In this document: one piece after another, positions 9,848 to 18,253 of the stretch
Position numbering within the stretch: the stretch's first letter is position 1
Layout: every line of letters starts with the position of its first letter
DNA from: an uncultured virus (IMG/VR IMGVR_UViG_3300005080_000002)
Taxonomy: Duplodnaviria; Heunggongvirae; Uroviricota; Caudoviricetes
DNA length: 64,000 nt
Reading direction: 5' to 3' (one strand)
IMG/VR virus record: IMGVR_UViG_3300005080_000002
Notes under the pieces: model-generated
What the model was told of the DNA's origin: nothing
The model's database searches: none
What the model saw: only the letters and a program-made list of their open reading frames with translations
Position numbers and translations under genes: made by a program

Positions 9848-10219
9848 ATGGATTTACCTGTAGCACGCATTGCCAAAACGAACGTACGTATCGTTGATGG
9901 CGCTATTGAACTGGTCGACGGTGTATATGACGACACACTGCTCGGTCTTCATTCCACCTACGTGTACAGCGGTTGCAACGTAGCCGTAGTACGTGAAAAG
10001 AACCGCTTTGCGATTTATCGCGTGGCAAGCAACTATGACTACGAAACGATGAATCGTCGGATCGTCATGGTCAAGCTGCGTGAGAAGCTCGCAGATGCTG
10101 GTATCGAACTCGTTGACTTCGGCCTGCTCTATCAAAAGGTAGATGGCTGGTATGTGAACGGTGTACCTATCAGCATGTACATCGAAAACAACAAGCGCTA
10201 CTGCGCGCTTAAACACTGA
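9848..10219 (+). CDS. Hypothetical protein, 123 aa
   Basis: AAGGAGG RBS; co-oriented with the upstream gene; hairpin at 10226-10243. Confidence 0.75.
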   Translation: MDLPVARIAKTNVRIVDGAIELVDGVYDDTLLGLHSTYVYSGCNVAVVREKNRFAIYRVASNYDYETMNRRIVMVKLREKLADAGIELVDFGLLYQKVDGWYVNGVPISMYIENNKRYCALKH

Positions 10220-10329
10220 TATATCAGGCCTCGAAAGAGGCCTGCCTTATTCATGCCATAACGGCATAAAGCCCCTAGGTGCATTTCGCACCTAGGGTTA
10301 TACGAAGCTATTGGTTTTATGGAGTAACA

Positions 10330-10758
10330 ATGAAAGCTTTGATATTCGCTATTTTGACTGTACTGTCTTTTGGGGCCGTAGCCGATAACACTTATACCGA
10401 AGTGTTGAAGGTGTGGAACAAGTCCATTATTCAGAATGATCAGGATAACACATTGTGGTGTAATGAGTGCAATACTCAGCCTGATAAATATACAAAGTTT
10501 ACCGGTGATGCGCTCACCGGGCCGATTAACCCGTGGTACATGGCAGGGCCGACGTTGATAGCCCGTGTAGATACAGGTGTTATGTGCCCGAGCGGAGATT
10601 GGTTTGCAATCGATACTTACTCGCATCGAATCGTGCAAATCAAGCTGGCTAGCTGCAAAGAGATTTCGCCCGTGGTTATTGCGAACCCTCACAGCATTGA
10701 ATTCAAGTTCTCCCAGGACGGGAAGAACTATCGAGTCGTCTTCACAGACGAGTCGTAA
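10330..10758 (+). CDS. Exported/periplasmic hypothetical protein, 142 aa
   Basis: GGAG RBS before ATG 10330; signal peptide MKALIFAILTVLSFGAVA; four Cys in the mature part. Confidence 0.7.
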   Translation: MKALIFAILTVLSFGAVADNTYTEVLKVWNKSIIQNDQDNTLWCNECNTQPDKYTKFTGDALTGPINPWYMAGPTLIARVDTGVMCPSGDWFAIDTYSHRIVQIKLASCKEISPVVIANPHSIEFKFSQDGKNYRVVFTDES

Positions 10759-10792
10759 AAGCTAGGGGCTCAGGCCCCTAGTTCTTTTTTTT
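10757..10792. terminator. Bidirectional terminator
   Basis: aaaa-g-ctaggggc-tcag-gcccctag-ttctttttttt. It would end both the + strand gene and the - strand RNA. Confidence 0.8.
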
Positions 10793-11390
10793 GTGTCCGG
10801 TGGTTTGGGATGAGGCCACTACTTTCGCGCTGCGCATCGGCTGCCGTATTTCGTGACCCCATCCCTCGCCGGATGTAGATTGTGTTTTATGCCCCAAGCC
10901 TAGTACCTGTCGTAACTTGCTAGCGTGTCCAATCAGCGGGACGGTACCCTTTCCGAGGACCTGATAGCCAGCGAAGAGGCGGCGACGGCCGCTTTGACTT
11001 TCCAATGACTTGTTACAGACATGACCACCTGCAACGGTCAGAACCGGGCGCAAGGTGTTTTACAAGTTACCGTCGGTGCCAATCGGAATCCACCGTCTTG
11101 GCTTGTTGTACCCCTCTGGGGCCGATAACCGTGTCCACAATCCACAGCACCGCTGAGGCGACTAATCTGCCTGACCGAGGCTACCAATCGCGGGAGGGCG
11201 ATACGGAGGCTGCCTGAATGTTCCAAGGCTTGCCGAACTGATCTATTCCATCCCACCCCTCTAGACCCACTTCACCGTGCGGTTTGAATGCAGGGGAAGA
11301 CTAGGGGGCATGGCCGACGCTTCCATTCAGCGACTGCCTACGGTTCTCGATCTGTGTTCGGTTTGATTTTTGTCGACACAACGTTTCTGC
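10760..11390 (-). ncRNA. Putative large structured non-coding RNA (~600 nt), family not recognised
   Basis: GC-rich gap with no credible ORF, many nested helices whose mismatches become G-U pairs only on the minus strand, complementary 5' and 3' ends, and flanking promoter motifs and terminator. Confidence 0.7.
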
Positions 11391-11419
11391 ATAGTATACA
11401 CACACAAATGTAATTTTTT
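11390..11419 (-). promoter_or_regulatory. Putative middle/late promoter of the ncRNA
   Basis: Minus-strand TATG at 11393-11390 (phiKZ late start motif) and AAAAATTAC at 11418-11410, centred 24 nt upstream (phiKZ middle motif AAanntTAC). Confidence 0.55.
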
Positions 11420-11446
11420 ACATGGTTTGTATTTTATATAGTTTCT

Positions 11447-11710
11447 CGATACAGGGTTTTGATACCCTGATCGGTTGTTTCGTGTATTGTTTCAATTAGT
11501 GCGTGTGTACGCGTGCGCGTGTTATTATTATTTTTACTATCCGTAAGGATAAGTAAAAATTAAAGATTAAAAGAAGTAAGGAAATAAATATATAAATATA
11601 TTTATTATTTTTATACGCGTTGCGTAGGCACGCACGCGGAATAGAGAAGGGGATTATTTTTGATCTCCGATAAGATAATTTAAATCTATCGGGAGATTCA
11701 AAATTAATCC
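11447..11710. repeat. AT-rich cluster of nested inverted repeats (candidate origin or cis-acting site)
   Basis: Inverted repeats at 11447-11473, 11499-11520/11615-11635, 11530-11560, 11583-11606 and 11651-11710. Confidence 0.75.
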
Positions 11711-11735
11711 TTGGATATTCTTCGGATCAGACAGT

Positions 11736-12314
11736 TTGGACAGTACGGAAAATACTAAACCAAAATTTCGTGAGATTAAACCTCACGAAAAATCTTTGAT
11801 GATAATCCGAACGCGCGAGGGCCGGCCGGTTTTTTTTAACATGGGTGGGTTATATTTTGCAAGAACCCACAAGCGAGGATCCGAGATGCGAACACTCACC
11901 CCCAGTGCGTTCGTCTTGGAATGCCTTGGTGGCATGGTCTCAGGACGGAACCTGAAACCGAATTCCAATTTGATTGCCCATGTTATGCGCAAAATATTCA
12001 CAGCCCCCTCAGCCACTCCGAACGACGAATACGTGGTCGTAGGCGTGCCGTTTTACAATCTCGATTACGGAATCGATGCGACCGGCATTGCCGTCGAGGA
12101 ACTGTTCAACGGCGAAGCGGATCTAGTCAACGGTCAGAGCGCTGAAGCGATCGTCGGTGATATTCTCCAGATGTACTTGCTCCCCATAGCCAGACCTGGG
12201 GTTAGTCAAGCACAGATCAGATTGAACACCGCGTTTTGTGATACCATGATAAACCACCTGATCTACTTCGGGTACTGGTATCGGATGGATCACTACTCGA
12301 ACGAGCTCCACTGA
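11736..12314 (+). CDS. Hypothetical protein, up to 192 aa (start uncertain)
   Basis: Long ORF with a TTG start and no clear RBS; no recognisable motif. Confidence 0.55.
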   Translation: MDSTENTKPKFREIKPHEKSLMIIRTREGRPVFFNMGGLYFARTHKRGSEMRTLTPSAFVLECLGGMVSGRNLKPNSNLIAHVMRKIFTAPSATPNDEYVVVGVPFYNLDYGIDATGIAVEELFNGEADLVNGQSAEAIVGDILQMYLLPIARPGVSQAQIRLNTAFCDTMINHLIYFGYWYRMDHYSNELH

Positions 12315-12327
12315 TCGGGGGTGGAAC

Positions 12328-12738
12328 ATGAGACAAATCAATTTGGTCGCTATGCTATGTGAAAATCCCAAATCGCTGGCTTCGATGGCTAACCTCGATC
12401 CTACGGATCAGAGAACACGCTGTTACAAACGGGCAGTAGCTACCCATGTCGCTGTAGAGGAAGCTTGTGGTCGCATAGCAGAGCTCGGCAAGCTTAGCGG
12501 CACCGTAGAACTCGATTGGGATACGCCGTATTGTGATCGGCTCGGTAAACGCCGGGAAGATCGCGTCACTAAGATCATCGAAGAGTCCATCGAGAGCGGT
12601 GGAAACGATCCGATCTTTGCAGTGACACATGCCGTAAGACACTTCGTAGTCAAAGATGTATCGAAGATGTCCGATGACAAGTCTAATGAATACATTCGGA
12701 AGATTGTCAACGGTATTGTAACCAGAACACGCTCGTAG
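12328..12738 (+). CDS. Hypothetical protein, 136 aa
   Basis: Follows the previous ORF closely; ends before the terminator hairpin at 12779-12818. Confidence 0.6.
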   Translation: MRQINLVAMLCENPKSLASMANLDPTDQRTRCYKRAVATHVAVEEACGRIAELGKLSGTVELDWDTPYCDRLGKRREDRVTKIIEESIESGGNDPIFAVTHAVRHFVVKDVSKMSDDKSNEYIRKIVNGIVTRTRS

Positions 12739-12822
12739 TACGCGCTGTGTGCAGATGTCAGTTTACTCTGTTTATTAAGCTCTAGGGGCTTGTCCCCTAG
12801 AGCCTTTTTTCTTTTTTTGTTT

Positions 12823-13638
12823 TTATACGCCAGAACGGCCAGCACGTTTGGTATGGATCATACCACGTTGCGGATCCATGAGGATCAAGATCTTCGACCA
12901 TTTCTCATTGAGCAGGGTGTTATAGACCTCGAATGCATCGCGGTATTCATCTACACGTTCACGGTAGCGTCCGAGTTCACGACCGCCATCGAGTTTGAAC
13001 TGTTCGATCTCCAAATCCAGCTTTCTGAAAATAACGACCTTAGTGGCCGCCAGAACGAGTTGACAGAAATCCTGGTAGTAGGGTCGAGTAAGTTCGCTAA
13101 AGTCGCTAGAATAAGCAACCAGGCACGATAGCGTGGTGTCCGAGGTGAAGTTCTGGAAGTCACGGATCTTGATCACGTTATCGTTCAAAACTTCGATCTG
13201 AGCGTTAGCAATATTAGGCACAGGGCGCCAGCTATTGATAACACGTTGACCGGAACGTTCGATAGGCGCTACGAAGTTGGTGTTGTTCGTAAGGCCGGGT
13301 TGTCGCTCGGCAAAGTTACTGGTTACGTTCAGCGTAGACTTAAGAACCTGCACGATCTCACGATTGAATGTAAGGGCGTACGGGATCTTGTAGATACGCT
13401 CGTAGTTGGGGCGCATCTCCCACTTAAGGCCTGAGAGATTGACGTCTACAAGCACACCACCGATAGTGGCGATATCGGGCATTACTTTCTTTTCAATTAC
13501 CTCCTCGCGGATAGCTTGTTCGATAGAACGACTTACCCGACGCAGTCGATCTGATTTAGGGATGAACGCATCCATGAGGATACGGTCAGGTATATCTTGA
13601 TTCAGAACGTGTCTGATCGCGAATGAAAAGGCGTCCAT
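12823..13638 (-). CDS. Conserved phiKZ-like hypothetical (possibly virion) protein, 271 aa
   Basis: AGGAGG RBS before ATG 13638 (MDAFSF); converges on a bidirectional terminator. Confidence 0.7.
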   Translation of the reverse strand: MDAFSFAIRHVLNQDIPDRILMDAFIPKSDRLRRVSRSIEQAIREEVIEKKVMPDIATIGGVLVDVNLSGLKWEMRPNYERIYKIPYALTFNREIVQVLKSTLNVTSNFAERQPGLTNNTNFVAPIERSGQRVINSWRPVPNIANAQIEVLNDNVIKIRDFQNFTSDTTLSCLVAYSSDFSELTRPYYQDFCQLVLAATKVVIFRKLDLEIEQFKLDGGRELGRYRERVDEYRDAFEVYNTLLNEKWSKILILMDPQRGMIHTKRAGRSGV

Positions 13639-13734
13639 GGGATCCTCCTGTATGGTACATAGAATCGGCCACAAAGCTTCCTATGCGTTAATAATTACAT
13701 AAATGAAATCATATGTGGAACAGGGGTAGGGGTT

Positions 13735-13766
13735 TAAAAATGATTTAGCAATATATTATCTAGATG
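13735..13766 (+). promoter_or_regulatory. Phage early promoter
   Basis: aaaaatgatttagcaaTATATTATc-tagatg, heading the AT-rich gene array. Confidence 0.7.
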
Positions 13767-13791
13767 GTAACCAATCTTAAGAGGCTTTAAC

Positions 13792-14145
13792 GTGGATAGC
13801 CAGACATCATTGTTGTCTTTCAATAGCAAAGAATATTCAGTTCCATTCATGGAATACGTAAAAGAGCATGAGATGGATTTTGAATGTAGTCGACAAGAAC
13901 TGTTTATGGCTGTCATTATCTTAGCCGTAACCGAATACTGTAACCTTACCATCTCCGCAAAGCTATACGGTAAGATTTTCTCTGTACGTGACTACAATCG
14001 ATACCTACTAAGAAAGTGGGTTATTAATTGCTTTCTCCCCGTCGAATACCATAAGTTAAGAAGAACCTTTTCTAACTGTGATAGTATCGAAGACATTCAG
14101 TTTCTAGGAGGATCGCTATATGCGGTCACCTCAACCTTAAGGTAG
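13792..14145 (+). CDS. Hypothetical early protein, 117 aa (array member 1)
   Basis: GAGG RBS, GTG start, first gene after the promoter. Confidence 0.65.
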   Translation: MDSQTSLLSFNSKEYSVPFMEYVKEHEMDFECSRQELFMAVIILAVTEYCNLTISAKLYGKIFSVRDYNRYLLRKWVINCFLPVEYHKLRRTFSNCDSIEDIQFLGGSLYAVTSTLR

Positions 14146-14150
14146 ATCTA

Positions 14151-14861
14151 ATGAGAGTCGCTTTTGACGTCCAGCATATTTACGACCATGTAGTAGCAGA
14201 TCTCAGAAACTCTAAGTGCTTGTTAAATATACCTTTTATCGATAGAGTTATGACTTATCGGGAGTATGAAAACCTCGAATATATAGATGCAGGTAAGGAT
14301 CTTTCTACTCGCGAGCTGACCGCCACTAAACGTACCATGGACCGATTAGTAAAAGAGCTAAGCCGCGAGATCCTGGTCTACTGCTGTTATAGCCACTTCC
14401 TTTCAATACCACCTGGGATAGAGCGCATGCTCATCAAGCTATTTGATGATCTGTTTATCCCGACCAAGGATAGGCAACGGCGTACTATCGATAACTCACA
14501 GGCTTTAGGTTTTTACGCGTTGTCTAATTCTGTTGCCGAGGGCATGGCCGCTATAGACCAGCACAACTTTGATCGTTGGGCTATTGCCAACTTAGAATTT
14601 AAAGGTAATTCTGCTATCCTTACCGTCGGTAGGAATCTTAAGGATTATCTCTTTGAAGAAGCCCATGGCAAGGGTCGTTGGCGGGGAGTGCAATATTTCC
14701 CTACTGGCCGAGCTGAAGTTATTGAAGATGAAGAACGTGTAGCAGACGATCTTCTGTCATCGCTGAGTAAGGTCACAGACTACGATGCAAGACCTAAAGG
14801 AAGACCAGCCACAAAACCATGGCGTATACGTCGCCGCCCCCGTCGTAAGAATCTACTATGA
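14151..14861 (+). CDS. Hypothetical early protein, 236 aa, basic C-terminal tail (array member 2)
   Basis: AAGGT RBS; ends PWRIRRRPRRKNLL. Confidence 0.75.
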   Translation: MRVAFDVQHIYDHVVADLRNSKCLLNIPFIDRVMTYREYENLEYIDAGKDLSTRELTATKRTMDRLVKELSREILVYCCYSHFLSIPPGIERMLIKLFDDLFIPTKDRQRRTIDNSQALGFYALSNSVAEGMAAIDQHNFDRWAIANLEFKGNSAILTVGRNLKDYLFEEAHGKGRWRGVQYFPTGRAEVIEDEERVADDLLSSLSKVTDYDARPKGRPATKPWRIRRRPRRKNLL

Positions 14862-15174
14862 GCCATTAGACATACTCGAACGTTTCAGTAGCGTCGTAGA
14901 GTCATTGGGATTCTTTCTAGACAATGAGACGACTATTGAGTTGTTCATGGTTTTGTTTGAGCTCTACGTTGACTATTTCAACCTAGAGGGGCGTCCCGAT
15001 ATTAATCTGGCGGCTAGATGTTATCTGCCAGATATCGAAGATGCGGAGGTGTTAGTTATCTCTGCCTTTGTTCGGGACTTCCTAAATAGAATGATAAGTC
15101 GTGAGTCAGTCACGCAGATAATAGACTTTAAATTTACATATAGCTGCTTTTCTATTTTAGCACGTGTGGAGTAA
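14785..15174 (+). CDS. Hypothetical early protein, about 129 aa (array member 3)
   Basis: Overlaps the tail of the previous gene; start uncertain. Confidence 0.6.
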   Translation: MQDLKEDQPQNHGVYVAAPVVRIYYEPLDILERFSSVVESLGFFLDNETTIELFMVLFELYVDYFNLEGRPDINLAARCYLPDIEDAEVLVISAFVRDFLNRMISRESVTQIIDFKFTYSCFSILARVE

Positions 15175-15177
15175 ACG

Positions 15178-15630
15178 ATGAAAAATAAACTAATACGGCT
15201 GATGTTTGACCGGGAGTATACCGGCGAACTCAGCTTTGACCTCAATGAGTATGACCTCTATGAGGATTACAAAGTAAACAACTTCGAAGTTATGACTGCC
15301 ATCATCATGGCTATCTTGCACGACCTCAGCACTGTAGACCAGCGTCTGCATATCAGTACCTTTAGCCACAACGCCATCCAGTCAGAGCTTATAGATTTGT
15401 TTACGAACTCTGTCGGTCCCAAAGACGATGATTGCGAACCGGATGGTATTCAGCGCCTGGCCAATATCGATTATCGGAAGATTCGCGAGTTGGCCGTAGA
15501 GCTTAGCCAGCTACCTTCCATTGAACCGCTCTACATGGCGTTGAAGCGTGGTACGCGCGGTCTCAGATACCATCCCCATTCGGTCAGATATGTTCATGAC
15601 AACATAATCGTCTATATCACTGAAAAATAA
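15178..15630 (+). CDS. Hypothetical early protein, 150 aa (array member 4)
   Basis: GGAG RBS, tight packing. Confidence 0.75.
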   Translation: MKNKLIRLMFDREYTGELSFDLNEYDLYEDYKVNNFEVMTAIIMAILHDLSTVDQRLHISTFSHNAIQSELIDLFTNSVGPKDDDCEPDGIQRLANIDYRKIRELAVELSQLPSIEPLYMALKRGTRGLRYHPHSVRYVHDNIIVYITEK

Positions 15631-15668
15631 CTAGCAGTGGCATTTGCCACTGCTTTTATGGTGTAACT

Positions 15669-16091
15669 ATGCAAACATACATAATCGAAGTCTTTGATGA
15701 CATGACTTGTCTCATGGAAGAAGTATCTGCAATGTTGAGCGACATTTATGATGCAGAAGACATCATACTGTCTAAAGAAGACTGGGACGGCCACGTAGCT
15801 TATGCACTGGGCAGCCTTATATTTGCACTAACTCATATTGACGGAATGTCGTACCATCAATTTGTAGCCGATATGCTTAAGTTCTATCGAGGTAACGTCA
15901 ACCTTAAGAACAAACAACCGAAGTATAATCAGGTGACAGAGTTTGCAGACCTCCTAATACAGTCCCCTCCATCCGTCTCTATCCAACGGCGTCTAACCAA
16001 AGCCATCGGTAATTTCCTACAGAACCGGGCATCCATAGAGACAGAGATATCAATAACACGACGCCAACTGATCGTGAGGATTTTTGAATGA
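15669..16091 (+). CDS. Hypothetical early protein, 140 aa (array member 5)
   Basis: ORF in operon; preceded by a small hairpin at 15633-15655. Confidence 0.7.
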   Translation: MQTYIIEVFDDMTCLMEEVSAMLSDIYDAEDIILSKEDWDGHVAYALGSLIFALTHIDGMSYHQFVADMLKFYRGNVNLKNKQPKYNQVTEFADLLIQSPPSVSIQRRLTKAIGNFLQNRASIETEISITRRQLIVRIFE

Positions 16092-16570
16092 GGATTTATT
16101 TAGACATCCCAAACTTTGATGAGAATTATGAGGATCTAATCCCTTATATGGTTAATGGCAATCCCTCCGGGTTGATCGCCGCCATTATTGAAGACATCAA
16201 TATTCTTCGTGACAATGTCTTTGGATTTATCAAAGGCAACTATAGCATCGAAGCCCCACGCATGGTGGAATACATTATCCGTGCCTCCACCGATCATAGC
16301 TTGCCCAGGCTCGATAGTCGGGCAATAAAAGTAATCTCGAACATCTGTTATGAGATATTCAGTACGGTCTTTAATCGGATAAGCCGTAATCAGGATTGGT
16401 ATAACCACGCCTATTCGATGGAAAGCTTCTCGTATGGTAATGTCAGAAGTTATGGGGTGATTTCGCTTTTGTTATGTGGCACCCCTATCTCCTCTCATCA
16501 GCCGGAGTTGCAACCAAGAATCAATTTAGTTGCAAAAGACATTATGAAGGCCATGTTCGGCAGGTCTTAA
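16088..16570 (+). CDS. Hypothetical early protein, 160 aa (array member 6)
   Basis: ATGA coupling with the previous stop; GAGG RBS. Confidence 0.75.
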   Translation: MRIYLDIPNFDENYEDLIPYMVNGNPSGLIAAIIEDINILRDNVFGFIKGNYSIEAPRMVEYIIRASTDHSLPRLDSRAIKVISNICYEIFSTVFNRISRNQDWYNHAYSMESFSYGNVRSYGVISLLLCGTPISSHQPELQPRINLVAKDIMKAMFGRS

Positions 16571-16579
16571 GGAAAGACT

Positions 16580-17212
16580 ATGTATGTTTTTGATTATTCC
16601 GAATACAATGAACAAATAAATGAAATTCTGACGGCGATTGAAGGTGACTTTGTTTTTGGAGTAATCGAAGAACTCACGGTGGAGGGACTCTATACCAAGA
16701 ACACAACACCTTCTGAAATGAACCGGTTCTGTCGTAAGGTGCTGACGGTTTGCATTGCAACCACTATCGCCTACCAGAGCTGGCGAGAGCGCGAAGAGTA
16801 TTATTCGAAGATAATGGATACGACGGCCAATGCTATCGAAGAATACTTGAAGGATATGGTTGAGATGGACGTCCTGTATGAAGAAGATGGTATCGCATAC
16901 GACTCCTCGTGGGCATCGTTTGTACCAGACAGCATCCCTTTCAACATCCGGTCGCTAGATGACATCAATGATATCGCCGATATCGTAAGTGGTATTGCCG
17001 TAGATAATGTCCATGAAGTACCGCTGCATGAAGACCAGCAATATAAATCAATGTTGAGGCGTGTAAAGCGCGCACAGGACAGAACAGTTCCTGACTTGAG
17101 CGAGATACCAGACATTGAAGTGGATGTATCTATGCGTACCTATACGCTGTATGAAAAGCAACCGCGCAGAATTAATCTTATCGGCGAAATTGAACGAGGC
17201 CTTCGGCATTAG
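16580..17212 (+). CDS. Hypothetical acidic early protein, 210 aa (array member 7)
   Basis: AAGGA RBS, tight packing. Confidence 0.75.
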   Translation: MYVFDYSEYNEQINEILTAIEGDFVFGVIEELTVEGLYTKNTTPSEMNRFCRKVLTVCIATTIAYQSWREREEYYSKIMDTTANAIEEYLKDMVEMDVLYEEDGIAYDSSWASFVPDSIPFNIRSLDDINDIADIVSGIAVDNVHEVPLHEDQQYKSMLRRVKRAQDRTVPDLSEIPDIEVDVSMRTYTLYEKQPRRINLIGEIERGLRH

Positions 17213-17220
17213 GAGTAAAC

Positions 17221-17811
17221 ATGAAAATCATGTATGGATTGCCGGTGTCTCATCGCGACCATGTCCGGCGACTATGGGAGGAAGTAAAGGAAGAGTTCGG
17301 CATTTCCTATCTTCCCGAAACCCTCCAGTTAGCATTTAAAATGTGCTTTCGGGAATTGCTCAACGATTCTCTTCGAGTGGCGCTATTCGACGGTTCGGTG
17401 GCCGTCCATGTAAACAACGCTCTGATTGAAGCCCACGTCACTGCCACTGTAGAGAATATGGATGAGGATGCATGCATTGATCTGCTGACAGATGCCAGAA
17501 ACTATGTGCATATTGCGGAAGAAGCATTTCCCACGCACATTCTGGTTATTATGTCGGAGGTAGCACGCGAAGGTGAGGACGAGGATGACCCGGCTAACTA
17601 CCTGGAACCGTGGACAACGATGGTAGAAATGATTGTTACGACATTCAGCTACGTTCTCACGGCCATCGTCCCAAGGTTAGACCCGGAGCATACCGTGGCG
17701 GAAGAAATAGGTGTAGACCGCCTTAAACGCGCCGTACAGTTAGTTACTGGCGATACTTCCAATATCACTGTATCCCAGGACTATGGCTTTATTGTAATCG
17801 AGGCTGATTAA
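17221..17811 (+). CDS. Hypothetical acidic early protein, 196 aa (array member 8)
   Basis: AGGAG RBS; followed by a hairpin and T run (17800-17825). Confidence 0.75.
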   Translation: MKIMYGLPVSHRDHVRRLWEEVKEEFGISYLPETLQLAFKMCFRELLNDSLRVALFDGSVAVHVNNALIEAHVTATVENMDEDACIDLLTDARNYVHIAEEAFPTHILVIMSEVAREGEDEDDPANYLEPWTTMVEMIVTTFSYVLTAIVPRLDPEHTVAEEIGVDRLKRAVQLVTGDTSNITVSQDYGFIVIEAD

Positions 17812-17839
17812 CGGCCTCTTTTTTTGTAAGGAGAATATC

Positions 17840-18253
17840 GTGGCAAATGTTAGTTCTCTTAAGCCTGGGCAGGTTCTGTCGTTTGAACTGCTTACTAACC
17901 TCCTCTCCAACGAATACCGTAATGTGGTACTCGAAGGCGTGGTCGGTTATAAACAGGCCAAACGTATCGAGGATGTTGACGCTACCCATGCCAACATTAT
18001 CGGTTCCCTTCCCCAAGGTACTCCCAAGAATGCACGGGAGTATAACTACCTCCACATCACGATGCCGGACGGCTCTGAACGTGCGGTCGGTATTCCGTGG
18101 ATCAAAGACCCTATCAACGTGGTCACTAAACAAATCATTGTCGCCCGCATTAATGGCTCGTCCATTGAAGATGGTGATGTAGTTGCCAAGGCATTGCGTG
18201 CCTACGGCTTTACCGATTTCCAGCTGGAGGTTAACGGCGATGTCCGAAATTAA
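17840..18253 (+). CDS. Conserved small beta-rich protein (phiKZ gp49-like), 137 aa
   Basis: GGGAG RBS, GTG start; position just upstream of the DNA polymerase gene. Confidence 0.6.
   Translation: MANVSSLKPGQVLSFELLTNLLSNEYRNVVLEGVVGYKQAKRIEDVDATHANIIGSLPQGTPKNAREYNYLHITMPDGSERAVGIPWIKDPINVVTKQIIVARINGSSIEDGDVVAKALRAYGFTDFQLEVNGDVRN

Noticed and set aside
10820..10845. Minus-strand AGCCGATGCGCAGCGCGAAAG resembling group II intron domain V
   Set aside because: The 3' arm of domain V is missing, there is no GUGYG 5' end, and no interrupted host gene flanks the element.
10990..11005. Minus-strand GGAAAGTC resembling the RNase P RNA conserved region
   Set aside because: Wrong relative position (about two thirds into the RNA) and no convincing complementary P4 partner near the 3' end.
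10778..11256. Short ORFs of 70-91 aa inside the ncRNA candidate
   Set aside because: No RBS, mutually overlapping, composition unlike neighbouring genes; structure explains the sequence better.
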